A stretch of 64,000 nucleotides of DNA. It comes from Candidatus Poribacteria bacterium (GTDB taxonomy: Bacteria; Poribacteria; WGA-4E; PCPOR2b). The stretch lies in contig OZ242351.1 in assembly GCA_965208675.1 (NCBI GenBank), positions 3,232,001 to 3,296,000 of the forward strand, in the 5' to 3' direction. Below the pieces are notes generated by a model. It had not been told where the DNA came from and did no database searches. It saw only the letters and a program-made list of their open reading frames with translations. Shown here one piece after another: positions 1 through 9,900 of this stretch. Made by a program: the position numbers and the translations under genes. Position 1 is the first letter of the stretch, and every line of letters starts with the position of its first letter.

Positions 1-122
1 TTGCCCGATCCGTTTGGCCCAAAAATCGAAACTACTTCGTCAGGCTGGACGACAAGATCCACACCGTTTAAAATGTTCCGATGACCATAACATTTCGTGA
101 TTTGCCGTGCTTGTAAAAGCAT
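1..122 (-). CDS. ABC transporter ATP-binding protein (N-terminal fragment, runs off the window)
   Basis: Manual translation from ATG at 122: MLLQARQITKCYGHRNILNGVDLVVQPDEVVSIFGPNGSGK, ending in Walker A GPNGSGK; not in the ORF track. Confidence 0.85.
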   Translation of the reverse strand, partial: MLLQARQITKCYGHRNILNGVDLVVQPDEVVSIFGPNGSG

Positions 123-184
123 CCTCGGTACAAATTAAAATAGGACCAGAACACAATTAGCCCCATTGGGATTTTTTTTAGGTA

Positions 185-1588
185 TTAGAACAAATCACGC
201 ATTGAGCGTCGGCGATCTTCTTCCACTTGGTCCTGGAATTCCTCATCGCTTGGTCGTTGCCACGCGGTTGGTACACGTGATGTGTACTGCGCCACCTCAC
301 TCTTCCGCTTGAATACCCTAAAATACTCGAACCGCGTGAGGGTAGGAGGAATATTGCCCGGACAAAGCGCGTGCAAACCAACCTGAACCGGATCGCCCAT
401 GCCGACATGTGTTTTTCCGCAGCTTTGCCAGTTCGTACCATCAGAACTAGCGAATCCAGAAAAGAGATTCCCTGTGCGTTCAAGTCGAAGGAAGAGCGCC
501 CTTCCCCGATTATGACTCGCCGACACGCCTATCAATCCCGTACCACGGCCAACGAGGGAGTAAACTCTATTCATATGCCGTTCAAAACGAACATCGCCTC
601 TGAATGCGTGGGGAGCGGAAGTTTTCTCTAACCTAACGAAGGCATGCGGCCCTTTCCATACAATGAGCCCACCGTGTTCTCTCTGCTCAGGGGTTACGCG
701 AATCCGGCACTCAATGGCAAAATCGCCGGACACCTCCATTAATAGACGCGGGGCATCCATGTTGCCGCCATGTCCCGGCGGACTGCCGTGCCATAAATCC
801 TGTCCGGGCTGAACATGCATTTCTAGATAACCCTGGCTCTCTGACCACGTACCGCCGCCATGGGGATCCTCCCATTTCCATTCCGGGCGCATCTGGTTGC
901 CGATGAATTCATCTTCAAAGACTATCTCAGGAAATTCGCTGGAGGAAGACCAGCCTTCAATCTTAATAGAGGAAATTGTATCTCCGAAATTCTGAGGCAG
1001 TACGTGGAGGTTTTCAATTTCCTTTTTATAATCCTTAGGTTCCATCTGGATTCGTACTTGAGCACCTTCGAAGTTCGTATGTTGATAGAGTATCACCTCG
1101 GCGCCATTAGGTGGAAAATCTGGGCCCTTGAAGATGCGAACAGAAGAAACTGCGTCGTGAAGTCCTTGTTCCCAGTGGACAATATCACGCAACACTGTGA
1201 TTTTCTGGCCCTGAAAATCTATATGCTCATAGCATTCGACAATCAGGGGAATCGTTCCCCATTCGGGGCCAACAGTCTGTAAAACCGACCCGAAGCTAAT
1301 CGAGGAGACGATATCTCCAAAGTCGTAAGCCATTTCATGCAAATTCGCATAAATCCCCGGCCCAAGTGGTAGCTTCCGTCCTTTGAAATCGGCGTGTTCA
1401 TGAAGGATGACTTTATAATTTGGACTTGATGCAAAATTGGGTCCTTTATAGACTCTGAGAGAGGAGATGTTATCTTGAAACCCAATTTCTGCTGTTGACC
1501 GGACCGGCTCAATTACAAACCCTTGTCTACCTTGGAAATCATGGTGTTGGAACACCTCAACGACTAGACGTGGTATTACGACTGGCAT
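185..1588 (-). CDS. Beta/gamma-crystallin repeat protein with C-terminal DUF1349/ConA-like beta-sandwich
   Basis: Four F/YxHxDFxG...D-x-I/V-S-S units (e.g. VFQHHDFQGR..DNISSLRV, LYQHTNFEGA..DTISSIKI); C-terminal APRLL..GDF..GGLIVW..LRLERTGN..SSDGTNW pattern. Confidence 0.75.
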   Translation of the reverse strand: MPVVIPRLVVEVFQHHDFQGRQGFVIEPVRSTAEIGFQDNISSLRVYKGPNFASSPNYKVILHEHADFKGRKLPLGPGIYANLHEMAYDFGDIVSSISFGSVLQTVGPEWGTIPLIVECYEHIDFQGQKITVLRDIVHWEQGLHDAVSSVRIFKGPDFPPNGAEVILYQHTNFEGAQVRIQMEPKDYKKEIENLHVLPQNFGDTISSIKIEGWSSSSEFPEIVFEDEFIGNQMRPEWKWEDPHGGGTWSESQGYLEMHVQPGQDLWHGSPPGHGGNMDAPRLLMEVSGDFAIECRIRVTPEQREHGGLIVWKGPHAFVRLEKTSAPHAFRGDVRFERHMNRVYSLVGRGTGLIGVSASHNRGRALFLRLERTGNLFSGFASSDGTNWQSCGKTHVGMGDPVQVGLHALCPGNIPPTLTRFEYFRVFKRKSEVAQYTSRVPTAWQRPSDEEFQDQVEEDRRRSMRDLF

Positions 1589-1798
1589 GTTTTCCCCCGC
1601 GAAATACGATTTTTCAAATTAGATTATTCTAGTAGTTTTCACCCGACCGGTACAAAATCTAACTGTTTCTCTCTTTTTCTCCGAGGCGAGGTATTCGTAC
1701 CTCTCTGTTGTTTCAGGTTGAGTTGGTTTCTTTTTTCCTGTTTTCCCGTAGGGAAGTTAGAATACTCCATACAGTGATAAAGTGGTGTCATCTTTAAG

Positions 1799-2623
1799 CT
1801 ATGATAGGTAACGTTCCATTCGCAACCTGCACTCTTGGGCAACATCCAACGGATTCCATTCCCAGTGCTTGGGGCTGACAAGCTCACAAGACCATATCCC
1901 ATCAAACCCTGTCGATTTGACCGCACTAACCCACTCCTCAATCGGAATTTCACCATCTCCAGGCAGGTATCCCCTAAGTTCCGCCTCATTCCATGGAGCA
2001 CCTGTTTTGTGCGCTACCCCATCGCAGAAATGAACCGAGTAAATCATTGCACTATCCAACTTTGCCACCTCGTCAGGTGTCGTACCGCCTCCAGCGTAGA
2101 GGTGCCAAAAGTCGATTACCATCGCCACGTTATCCCGATCAGCCTCTTCAATAACCTGCAAACTCTGGGACAGAGAGTAGATTGGCGCCCAAGCGATGGG
2201 TTCAAATTGAAAACTCACGCCGTGTTGCTTCCCAATATCTGCGATATCGGCGACGTTCCTAGCTGTCAGCTTCAATATCTCGCTCCACGGCCTCCCTTCA
2301 AGGCGGCAGAAAGCCACAATCTGAATGGTCGGGCATTGGATGGTTGCAGCGGCAATGCAGAGCCGCTCCACTTCCGTGAGCAGTTGGTCGCGCTCTCGAC
2401 CATCCACACGGTCAATGTCTCGCACCGAATTAATCATGACAGGCCGGACATCGTTGGCCCGAAAGATTGGGAGTAATTCCTCAGCTTTAAATCCTTGGTC
2501 CAAATAACGTAAAAGCTTGCCCACTTCAATTTCTAACGCCTCATGGTTAGTCTCGAAGGCAACCCGGATATCAGTGATGAGATTACAGTACATTATGGAC
2601 ACACCATGCAACGCAATGATCAT
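1799..2623 (-). CDS. Sugar phosphate isomerase/epimerase (xylose-isomerase-like TIM barrel, IolH/IolI-like)
   Basis: Metal ligands FEP, DFWH, VHFCD, PGDG and SCE. Confidence 0.85.
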   Translation of the reverse strand: MIIALHGVSIMYCNLITDIRVAFETNHEALEIEVGKLLRYLDQGFKAEELLPIFRANDVRPVMINSVRDIDRVDGRERDQLLTEVERLCIAAATIQCPTIQIVAFCRLEGRPWSEILKLTARNVADIADIGKQHGVSFQFEPIAWAPIYSLSQSLQVIEEADRDNVAMVIDFWHLYAGGGTTPDEVAKLDSAMIYSVHFCDGVAHKTGAPWNEAELRGYLPGDGEIPIEEWVSAVKSTGFDGIWSCELVSPKHWEWNPLDVAQECRLRMERYLS

Positions 2624-3001
2624 TTATTTTTCCAGGATAAATTCGCACCCTAGTCCATAAGTGATTGAATCGTCCATAACCAACGCCGTATTCGGAAAAC
2701 TGATTATGTGCCAGCCATCGCGCATTGCCTCAATGACGGATTCATACGGTAGTTCATTTCGATTCGATGGCAGCGGAATTCGCCTTCCATTGGTATAGAG
2801 CGACATGCCCAAAACGGGAGATTCAAGCGCTGTATTTGTCGCCTGAATATAAAGAATGTCCTGCACATTTCGGTCGGCCTCATCCAGCGCGTCAATGATT
2901 GTCTGCAGGTCATCAAGCGTCAAACTACCTTGCACCAGTTTGTTGCGGCACTTCTCAAGTTGGTTTCGGATGTGCGTGAGATGCGCTGTTGGTACCGCCA
3001 T
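2624..3001 (-). CDS. Hypothetical 125-aa protein, paralogue of 3979-4338
   Basis: Shares PY..AMRDGW.II.FPN.AL.MD.S.TYGLGCEFILEK with 3979-4338; abuts the isomerase start. Confidence 0.8.
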   Translation of the reverse strand: MAVPTAHLTHIRNQLEKCRNKLVQGSLTLDDLQTIIDALDEADRNVQDILYIQATNTALESPVLGMSLYTNGRRIPLPSNRNELPYESVIEAMRDGWHIISFPNTALVMDDSITYGLGCEFILEK

Positions 3002-3083
3002 GGATTGCCTTGATTGATGATGGGTTGGTCAATATCGTCAGATGGCGACTCGCACAACACGTAACCCGCGCAAATCGTACATG

Positions 3084-3923
3084 CTAAGTCAAGTCGGCGG
3101 GCAGACCCGGACAAAACCCTCTCGCATGCGCCGCGGTTGCTGAAGCAGGCCAGGCAAGTCCGCCAATCCATTCGTAGTTATTCAGCTCGCCGCGTAGCCA
3201 TAGGTACATCCTTGCAGCATCGTGGCAGACGCGCGACCAGTCACGGCGGGGTTCTGGCGAACCCGTTGCGAAGTCCGCGTTCTTCAACCTGAAATCCGGA
3301 TCAATAACCCAGTCCCGCGCCGGCACGGCGGTGCGCCAATAAGTGTACTTAATCAGATTTCGGATTCCCGCTGCCGTAGCAGTAGTGGCACGGTGCCAAA
3401 TAGAATAGACAGTAATAAAAATGGAACCAGCCGGCGCAGCAGTCTTGTGGGCGTCAACAATTGAATCAAGGTGTTTCATAAAATGGGAAGACATGGACAG
3501 ATGGTGGGAGCCGGGCAACAATTCGGTTGGCCCCATCTCAAGAGGCGTCGCCTGAGGGTAGTAAAACACCTGAAGGTAATCGACATTCGGCGCATGTTGC
3601 GAACCATCGTCACAATGCCAACCGCCGTTAATCTCTCTAGGGCAATGGACACGATGGTTGCTGATAGTGAGCGGCATTCCGAAATCACGACCGAGTAGGG
3701 ACCTCACAGCACCTGCCGTCGGCGCGTTGCACAAGACTTGATCGACAAACCATGCTTCTTTCAGGAATTCGTTCGGGTTGCCTTCAGGATGCGCATCGCA
3801 AAACGCCATGACTCGCTCATTAATCTCGTCGGGTACCACTTCCTCCAACATGAGGTAGCCATATTTACAAAACTCAATAATTTCCTGGTCTGTGAGCGTG
3901 GGTTTGCAGTTATAGGTTTTCAT
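3084..3923 (-). CDS. Phytanoyl-CoA dioxygenase (PhyH) family Fe(II)/2OG oxygenase
   Basis: WHCD..GPTELLPGSH..AGS..WHR facial-triad pattern. Confidence 0.85.
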   Translation of the reverse strand: MKTYNCKPTLTDQEIIEFCKYGYLMLEEVVPDEINERVMAFCDAHPEGNPNEFLKEAWFVDQVLCNAPTAGAVRSLLGRDFGMPLTISNHRVHCPREINGGWHCDDGSQHAPNVDYLQVFYYPQATPLEMGPTELLPGSHHLSMSSHFMKHLDSIVDAHKTAAPAGSIFITVYSIWHRATTATAAGIRNLIKYTYWRTAVPARDWVIDPDFRLKNADFATGSPEPRRDWSRVCHDAARMYLWLRGELNNYEWIGGLAWPASATAAHARGFCPGLPADLT

Positions 3924-3978
3924 CTCATTCCCATAATGAAGAGTGTTTGCCCACAGACCCGATTACGGGCGTTTTAGC

Positions 3979-4338
3979 TTACTCCCATTTTTCTAGGATA
4001 AACTCGCAGCCAAGCCCGTAGGTGCGTGATTCGTCCATCAACAACGCCAAGTTGGGGAATTCAATAATCCGCCATCCATCTCGCATCGCATCAAGCGGTG
4101 AGCTATATGGCCAATTGTCTTGATCCGGTGGTTCAGTAATCTGACCATCTACAACCATGGTGCAACCGTGGGCGCCTGACCCGACGGAAGTCCCTCCGGT
4201 TTGAAGGTAGAGCAAGTTTTGGCGTTTCGGTTTCGTCTCATCAAGCGCATCAAGAACTGCGGACAGGTCTGCTTCGGTAAGCGCATCCTGTCTCAGCGCT
4301 TCAATGCATTGTTCAATTTGCTGCTTTATCGCTGGCAT
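3979..4338 (-). CDS. Hypothetical 119-aa protein, paralogue of 2624-3001
   Basis: Same C-terminal motif as 2624-3001; GGAGGG RBS upstream. Confidence 0.8.
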   Translation of the reverse strand: MPAIKQQIEQCIEALRQDALTEADLSAVLDALDETKPKRQNLLYLQTGGTSVGSGAHGCTMVVDGQITEPPDQDNWPYSSPLDAMRDGWRIIEFPNLALLMDESRTYGLGCEFILEKWE

Positions 4339-4487
4339 AAAATATTCCCTCCATATTAACTTTTACCGCATCAGTACACTTGGTTCGACCATTAGTTGAA
4401 ATTAAGCCCCTTCAGCATCGTATCATACATGAGTTAAAATTAGACTAGAATTCCAAGGTTTCAATTACTACAAAAGTTTGGACTAGG

Positions 4488-5306
4488 TTACCATTGTGGC
4501 GGACCAGATGGAAACCCATATGATTTTTGAATTTGGTTAGCCTGCGAACCCGAATAGGGCCAAGCTTGACCGCCCATTGTCCGAAATCCGTCGCCATTGC
4601 CGCATAGCCAGAAGAACTTGTGCGCCACAAGTTTCGCAGTCCCATGTCCGCCATAGTTCGCCGTGTGGAAATCAAAGTCTGGTTCGACAACCCAATCCCG
4701 TTGGGGCGGCACTGTTCGCCAGTAACTCCACTTTAACATATTTCTTATCCCCTCGGCGGTAGACTCGCCCTTGCGGTGCAGGATTGGATACATCGTAATG
4801 AAAACTGTGCCCGCAGGCGAGTCCATTAGGCGCCCTCCACGCCATGCTATATCTCGCCCTGTCGGCGCTAAATGCGAACCGGGCAATATTTCAGTCGGTC
4901 CCATCTCTGGCGTGACATCCTTCGGATAATAGAACACCTGTAAATAATTGACTTCGGGACCGAATACCGAGTCGCCGTCGTGATGCCACCCCTGCGCAGG
5001 AGCAGGACATTTGGCACGATGATTACTCATAAGTACCGGCAAACCGACATTCCGCCCCAGTATTGACCTCACAGCGCCTGCTACTAGGGGATGAAGCAGC
5101 ACATTCTCAAGAAACCAATCCTCAAGAATGATTGTGCTTGGTTCTCCGGTCGGATGTTCGACTAGATATTCGTCTGTTCGCTGATTAATTGCATCTGGAA
5201 TGACACTTTCCAGCACGATTGCGCCGTGACTACAGAACTCCAATACCTGAGAGTCCGTCAGTGTAGGATCACAATCAAAAGTTCTCGTCTCTTTATCTAG
5301 CTTCAT
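4488..5306 (-). CDS. PhyH family Fe(II)/2OG oxygenase
   Basis: WHHD..GPTEILPGSH..LHR; start placed at ATG 5306 after GGAGG. Confidence 0.85.
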   Translation of the reverse strand: MKLDKETRTFDCDPTLTDSQVLEFCSHGAIVLESVIPDAINQRTDEYLVEHPTGEPSTIILEDWFLENVLLHPLVAGAVRSILGRNVGLPVLMSNHRAKCPAPAQGWHHDGDSVFGPEVNYLQVFYYPKDVTPEMGPTEILPGSHLAPTGRDIAWRGGRLMDSPAGTVFITMYPILHRKGESTAEGIRNMLKWSYWRTVPPQRDWVVEPDFDFHTANYGGHGTAKLVAHKFFWLCGNGDGFRTMGGQAWPYSGSQANQIQKSYGFPSGPPQW

Positions 5307-5381
5307 TGTGGATCTACCTCCACTTCTTTTTGATAAACTCCTAACCAAGGTCCTCCGTATACCATTATTAATCCATCAGCC

Positions 5382-6272
5382 TCAAACCTTAATTTGGTCT
5401 TTTATTGGGCTTATGGGAAATCTGTAGAACCCTTGGGGCGGATATATCTGTGCCGAGGATCGAGGTGGCGGGTAGCCCATGGGCCAATCTTCACCGCCCA
5501 CCAACTCCCGGAGTATACTCATATCCCCACACAACCAGCAAAACATCGCCGCGGCATCATACCAATCTCGGAATTGCTGCCGGGGGACGCCGCCGAAGCT
5601 AAATTGAGCCATAGCGAAATCAAAGTCCGGTTCGGCAATCCAATCCCGCTGGGGTGGCACCGTTCGCCAGTAGCAGTATTTCAACATATTGCGGAGTCCG
5701 TGCGCAGTGGACTCAGAGCGGCGATGCCAGATGGGATAAGCTGTGATGAAAATAGTACCAGCCGGTGAAGCCATGCGAAGTCCCGATCGAATGTTGCCGT
5801 AGTGTTGCATCCAACTTTGCAAGCAAAAGAGGAAATGGGAGCCGGGTACTATCTCCGTAGGACCAAGCTCTACAGGGGTATCCTGTGGGTAATAGAATAC
5901 CTGCAAATGATTTGTTTCCGGGCCATAGCGTGAGCCGCCATCCCGGTGCCAGCACTGCGCTGGTGCCGGACATTCTAGCCGATGATTTGCCACTCCAACC
6001 GGAAGGCCGAATTCCTCGCCTAGAAGCGACCGTACGGCACCTGCCGCCTGCGGATTGAGAAGCACGTTCTCAATGAACCAATCCTCCTGTCGAAGAGGTG
6101 CCTGTCCATGCTTTTCGATGAATTCAGAAACTCTCCGGTTGATTTCGTTCGGAACGACACCTTCGTACACTAGGTAACCCTGTCTGCAGAAATCGAGTAC
6201 TTCCGTGTCGTTAAGTGTAGGCTCGCAGTTAGCTGTTTGTAATGCCTTCTTTCCAATTTTCACCGGCTGCAT
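5382..6272 (-). CDS. PhyH family Fe(II)/2OG oxygenase
   Basis: WHRD..GPTEIVPGSH..WHR; clearly paralogous to the two downstream copies. Confidence 0.85.
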   Translation of the reverse strand: MQPVKIGKKALQTANCEPTLNDTEVLDFCRQGYLVYEGVVPNEINRRVSEFIEKHGQAPLRQEDWFIENVLLNPQAAGAVRSLLGEEFGLPVGVANHRLECPAPAQCWHRDGGSRYGPETNHLQVFYYPQDTPVELGPTEIVPGSHFLFCLQSWMQHYGNIRSGLRMASPAGTIFITAYPIWHRRSESTAHGLRNMLKYCYWRTVPPQRDWIAEPDFDFAMAQFSFGGVPRQQFRDWYDAAAMFCWLCGDMSILRELVGGEDWPMGYPPPRSSAQIYPPQGFYRFPISPIKDQIKV

Positions 6273-6508
6273 TGCTAGCGGTCTCCCTCTTAAACGCGAA
6301 AATTACTCACGTGGTTCAAAGGCGGTATTATACTATATATTGAGTCATACTGCAACCAATAAAAGGACAACACCTGTGATTCATCCAATCTCAAGTAACG
6401 TGTTAAATTTTGCCGATGGTGGCTTTTTTACGCGTGACGCTAAAGTACCCATGCTAAACTTGAGCAATTCCAGTGAATACGGGGGATACATTTACACGAC
6501 GCCGCGCA

Positions 6509-8311
6509 CTACTTCAGTTCAAGATTGCCCTCGCCCGTCAGCTCATCCAAAAAGAATACTTTCCAGTGGACCTCTTCCAAGTTGACTGCCGGCGAAAGGT
6601 AGAGCGGAAACGAATAAAGCGCTCCAGACCGAACGGATTTCATTGGTACTCTCGTCGTAATCACGGATGTAACCACCGATTCACCCTCGGTTACGGAGAT
6701 TAGCGGCGCCATCACACTTATCACGTCGTCTGGAACAGCGATGACATCCCAATACCTTGGATGTACGGGATTCGGCAATACAGCCAAACGAAACGCTACG
6801 TTCTCGCCTCGTCTAGTACTGTAGGCGTAAGATGTTGTCTTTTCGATTGATGAGAAGGGTTCCGGTTGCACACTGGGTACAAGAATAACTTGTTCGACGC
6901 CCGTTCCAAAATTTGGAATGCTGAGTTGTGCCTTCCCATCCCCGGCCAACGGCATGCGGCGAACGGCAATTGGCTGAGAAGATTGTAGTTCAATCACCCG
7001 TATTTGGTAAGCGTGCTCCCCATCAGTCTGAAAAGCGATGCTCAATGACCCCGCCCCACCCACGGCTGACAGGCCTATATAGTCTGCCGCATAGGCAGCA
7101 AGCCGGTTCCCGGTAACGGCAACCGGATGAGACTGATGGTTACGGTGGAGATGCAGATTCAGATGCTCGTTTCTATAACCGTACTGGCCTTCTGCAAAAT
7201 CGGAGTCGTCCAAGAAGTTCGCTATCTTCCAGTCGGAAAAGATGGTTGAAAACCTCTTCGTTACGCCGCGCGAATCTAACGCATTATTGATACCGGTAAT
7301 TCCATTTCCACGCTGATTTACAACGGCCGCGATAGTGTCTGCGCCGCCGTAATGTTCGTGGAGATACAGCATCCATAAATACGCCGCGCCATAATGCGAT
7401 AACTGGCTGCGAGATCCATGGGGCCAATTGACCAATGATACACTCGCATTTCGTTCAAACGGTATGACATGGTCTTCAACACTGTATCCACAGATAAACA
7501 TGGCATAATCAGAACACCCTTCATTGACCCAAATCTCTTCGTCTTCGTCCTGCTGCCAGTGAATAAGATGCTGAAATTCGTGCGCTAATACTCCCAACCC
7601 CTTTTCTCCTCCAGCATCTAGGGGATGGGTGTCAACATAAATCATGTCGCGCTCATTGCTATGCACCAATGTGCCGAATTCCGGGTGTCGAAGCACCCCT
7701 CGCTGTTGATCGACGGGGCTAAAAAATCCACCGATAAATCCGCCGCTGACTGTCGCTAGATCGCGAATGTCTAGTAAGAGAATATAGATTTTATCTTCAC
7801 CGTCAATGTTGGGCGGCGGTCCAAATAGTGCAGTCTCAATTTCGTAAATACCTCGCCCAAAATCGGCCGGTGTCGCATCGTCAAACGCGTGCCGGACAGC
7901 CTCAACGGTCGCCGCATTCACAGTCTGTCCCCACTGTGAATCTTCGACGAAAATGTAGCAGAATTTTCCAACTATTTGTAAAGTCGATTGGACAACATAT
8001 TGTTCACGCTTTCTAAAATCAATTGAGAAGAAAGATTGGCGGCTTCCTACTGCCAGTTCGGGTACGCACGGTTGAGCAGGCACAGAAGCATCAACAGGCC
8101 GGTTAGGGCGAGTGATAGATTTATCGTCTGTATCTGCATCTAAGACTAACTCGCTACTTACCCATACGTTTGATCGGTCATAAAAAAAGGGAGTACCATC
8201 AATCCAGCCATGAGCCGTTGGCACTCCCAATACCGTGAATATAATTGTAATATGCCGCAATACGTAATGCGTAGAACGAGAAACGTACAGTTGGATTGGA
8301 TTGGCCGTCAT
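6509..8311 (-). CDS. Secreted zinc metallopeptidase (M30 hyicolysin / immune-inhibitor-A-like)
   Basis: LAHEFQHLIH followed by WVNEGCS; hydrophobic N-terminal segment. Confidence 0.75.
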   Translation of the reverse strand: MTANPIQLYVSRSTHYVLRHITIIFTVLGVPTAHGWIDGTPFFYDRSNVWVSSELVLDADTDDKSITRPNRPVDASVPAQPCVPELAVGSRQSFFSIDFRKREQYVVQSTLQIVGKFCYIFVEDSQWGQTVNAATVEAVRHAFDDATPADFGRGIYEIETALFGPPPNIDGEDKIYILLLDIRDLATVSGGFIGGFFSPVDQQRGVLRHPEFGTLVHSNERDMIYVDTHPLDAGGEKGLGVLAHEFQHLIHWQQDEDEEIWVNEGCSDYAMFICGYSVEDHVIPFERNASVSLVNWPHGSRSQLSHYGAAYLWMLYLHEHYGGADTIAAVVNQRGNGITGINNALDSRGVTKRFSTIFSDWKIANFLDDSDFAEGQYGYRNEHLNLHLHRNHQSHPVAVTGNRLAAYAADYIGLSAVGGAGSLSIAFQTDGEHAYQIRVIELQSSQPIAVRRMPLAGDGKAQLSIPNFGTGVEQVILVPSVQPEPFSSIEKTTSYAYSTRRGENVAFRLAVLPNPVHPRYWDVIAVPDDVISVMAPLISVTEGESVVTSVITTRVPMKSVRSGALYSFPLYLSPAVNLEEVHWKVFFLDELTGEGNLELK

Positions 8312-8372
8312 TCTTCTCCTCTCCTTATTCCGCTCGTTCTCCCACCCTTAAACCTCGCGGTTTTCTCTTCGT

Positions 8373-9881
8373 CTACCGTTCTTCACTCATCCCATCTTCC
8401 AATCTTATCAATTTTTCTTGTATTTTCACATTATCTGGTTCAAGTTGAATCGCTTTACGCCAAGCTGAGATTGCTTTCTTTTTGTACCCGACCTTCAGAT
8501 AGACTTCTCCTAGATGATCCTGAATCTCAACGCTGTTGGGAATGTAGCTGACAGCCTTTTCAAGATGCTCTAGGGCGGCGGACAGTTTCCCTTGCTTGAA
8601 ATATGCCCAACCCAAACTATCAAGGTAAGCTCCATTTTCCGGCGATTTCTCCAGTGCTTTCTTTATGAGTTCAACAGCCTCGTCTAGATTGGTGCTATAC
8701 TCCGCAAAGAGATAACCCAGTGCATTATATCCCTCGTCACGATTGGGAGCAAGTGCAACGACTTTTCTGAGATAGTGTTCGGCTTTCTCGAAGTTCCCAC
8801 GCGCCTGATAAGAAAGTCCAATCCAATAGTTTGCGTCAACATTGTTCGAGTCTTCATCTAAAACTCTTTGTAATACCTCTATTGCTTTTTCTTCTTTCGA
8901 CAAGTAGGTATAGAGGCTTCCAAGACGAGTACGAAAAACCGACAGTCCGTAATTGTACCTATCCCGTTCAGCGGGATTAAGCCGGCGCAATTCTGTATAT
9001 GCATTGATGGCTTTTATAAGATTTCCTTCCGCAATCTCTGCGGTGTCGGTTGTTGCTGTATAATTCCAAATTAGATTTTCTAGTTTTTCATACTCTTCGA
9101 TATATAGCTTCCCCAATTCTTGATGCACCTGCCACATATTTCGATCGATTCTAACCGCCCGCTCGTAAGCGGATATCGCTTCTTCATTCTTCCCCAAATC
9201 TTTGTAAGCATCACCGAGTCGCTTATGGTATATCGGCTGATAAGATTCGATACGCGTCAGTTCTTTGAAAGCGTGAACCGCTGATTCATAATCCTCTCGG
9301 TTGTATGCAAGAGTTCCAAGATATCGATGGGAGTCAACGAGGCATTTGACAATAATTCCCCCGAATTTTACTGTAGCATGATTGGAATTGAGTTCAATCA
9401 CTGTCTCGAATTCTGCTATGGCATCGTCTAAATTTCCAGTGCTATTTTTTTGCCGCAGTATTAAAATATAACCCAGCAGAAAACGGGGAGCCGGCATTTC
9501 TGGATTTATCGCAATCGCCCTGCGGCATTCCTTTTCGGCCGCTCTGATGTTTTGCAAGTCTATCAAAAGGCTCGCAAATTGAGTATGTACAAAGGCAGAC
9601 GGCTCATATACTCTCAAAACTTCCTCATATGCCCTTTTCACATCAGACTGCTTTTTATCGAACCTCAGGTAATTCGATCGTAAGTAAGTTGCCCAAGCTA
9701 GTTGCGTATAAACACGGCTCGCCTTTTCATACGCACGGTTTAACGCTGTGTGATTTACACCCGGCGAATCACCGCCCATCATATCGGCCCGGGTGAAGGA
9801 AACTGCAAATACTACCAAAATAATGTAATGCGCTATACGTAAAACGTAAAACATGAGAACAGATGAAATCAATCTTAACAT
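8373..9881 (-). CDS. Tetratricopeptide-repeat protein with N-terminal membrane/signal segment
   Basis: Many TPR units (YNALGY..AVELIKKAL..AYLDSLGWAYFKQG..DHLGEVY). Confidence 0.85.
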   Translation of the reverse strand: MLRLISSVLMFYVLRIAHYIILVVFAVSFTRADMMGGDSPGVNHTALNRAYEKASRVYTQLAWATYLRSNYLRFDKKQSDVKRAYEEVLRVYEPSAFVHTQFASLLIDLQNIRAAEKECRRAIAINPEMPAPRFLLGYILILRQKNSTGNLDDAIAEFETVIELNSNHATVKFGGIIVKCLVDSHRYLGTLAYNREDYESAVHAFKELTRIESYQPIYHKRLGDAYKDLGKNEEAISAYERAVRIDRNMWQVHQELGKLYIEEYEKLENLIWNYTATTDTAEIAEGNLIKAINAYTELRRLNPAERDRYNYGLSVFRTRLGSLYTYLSKEEKAIEVLQRVLDEDSNNVDANYWIGLSYQARGNFEKAEHYLRKVVALAPNRDEGYNALGYLFAEYSTNLDEAVELIKKALEKSPENGAYLDSLGWAYFKQGKLSAALEHLEKAVSYIPNSVEIQDHLGEVYLKVGYKKKAISAWRKAIQLEPDNVKIQEKLIRLEDGMSEER

Positions 9882-9900
9882 TTCAGTTTCCCTTTATACG

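Noticed and set aside
1835-2476. 213-aa plus-strand ORF and the many other antisense or nested ORFs
   Set aside because: Shadow frames of well-supported genes on the opposite strand, with no recognisable motifs
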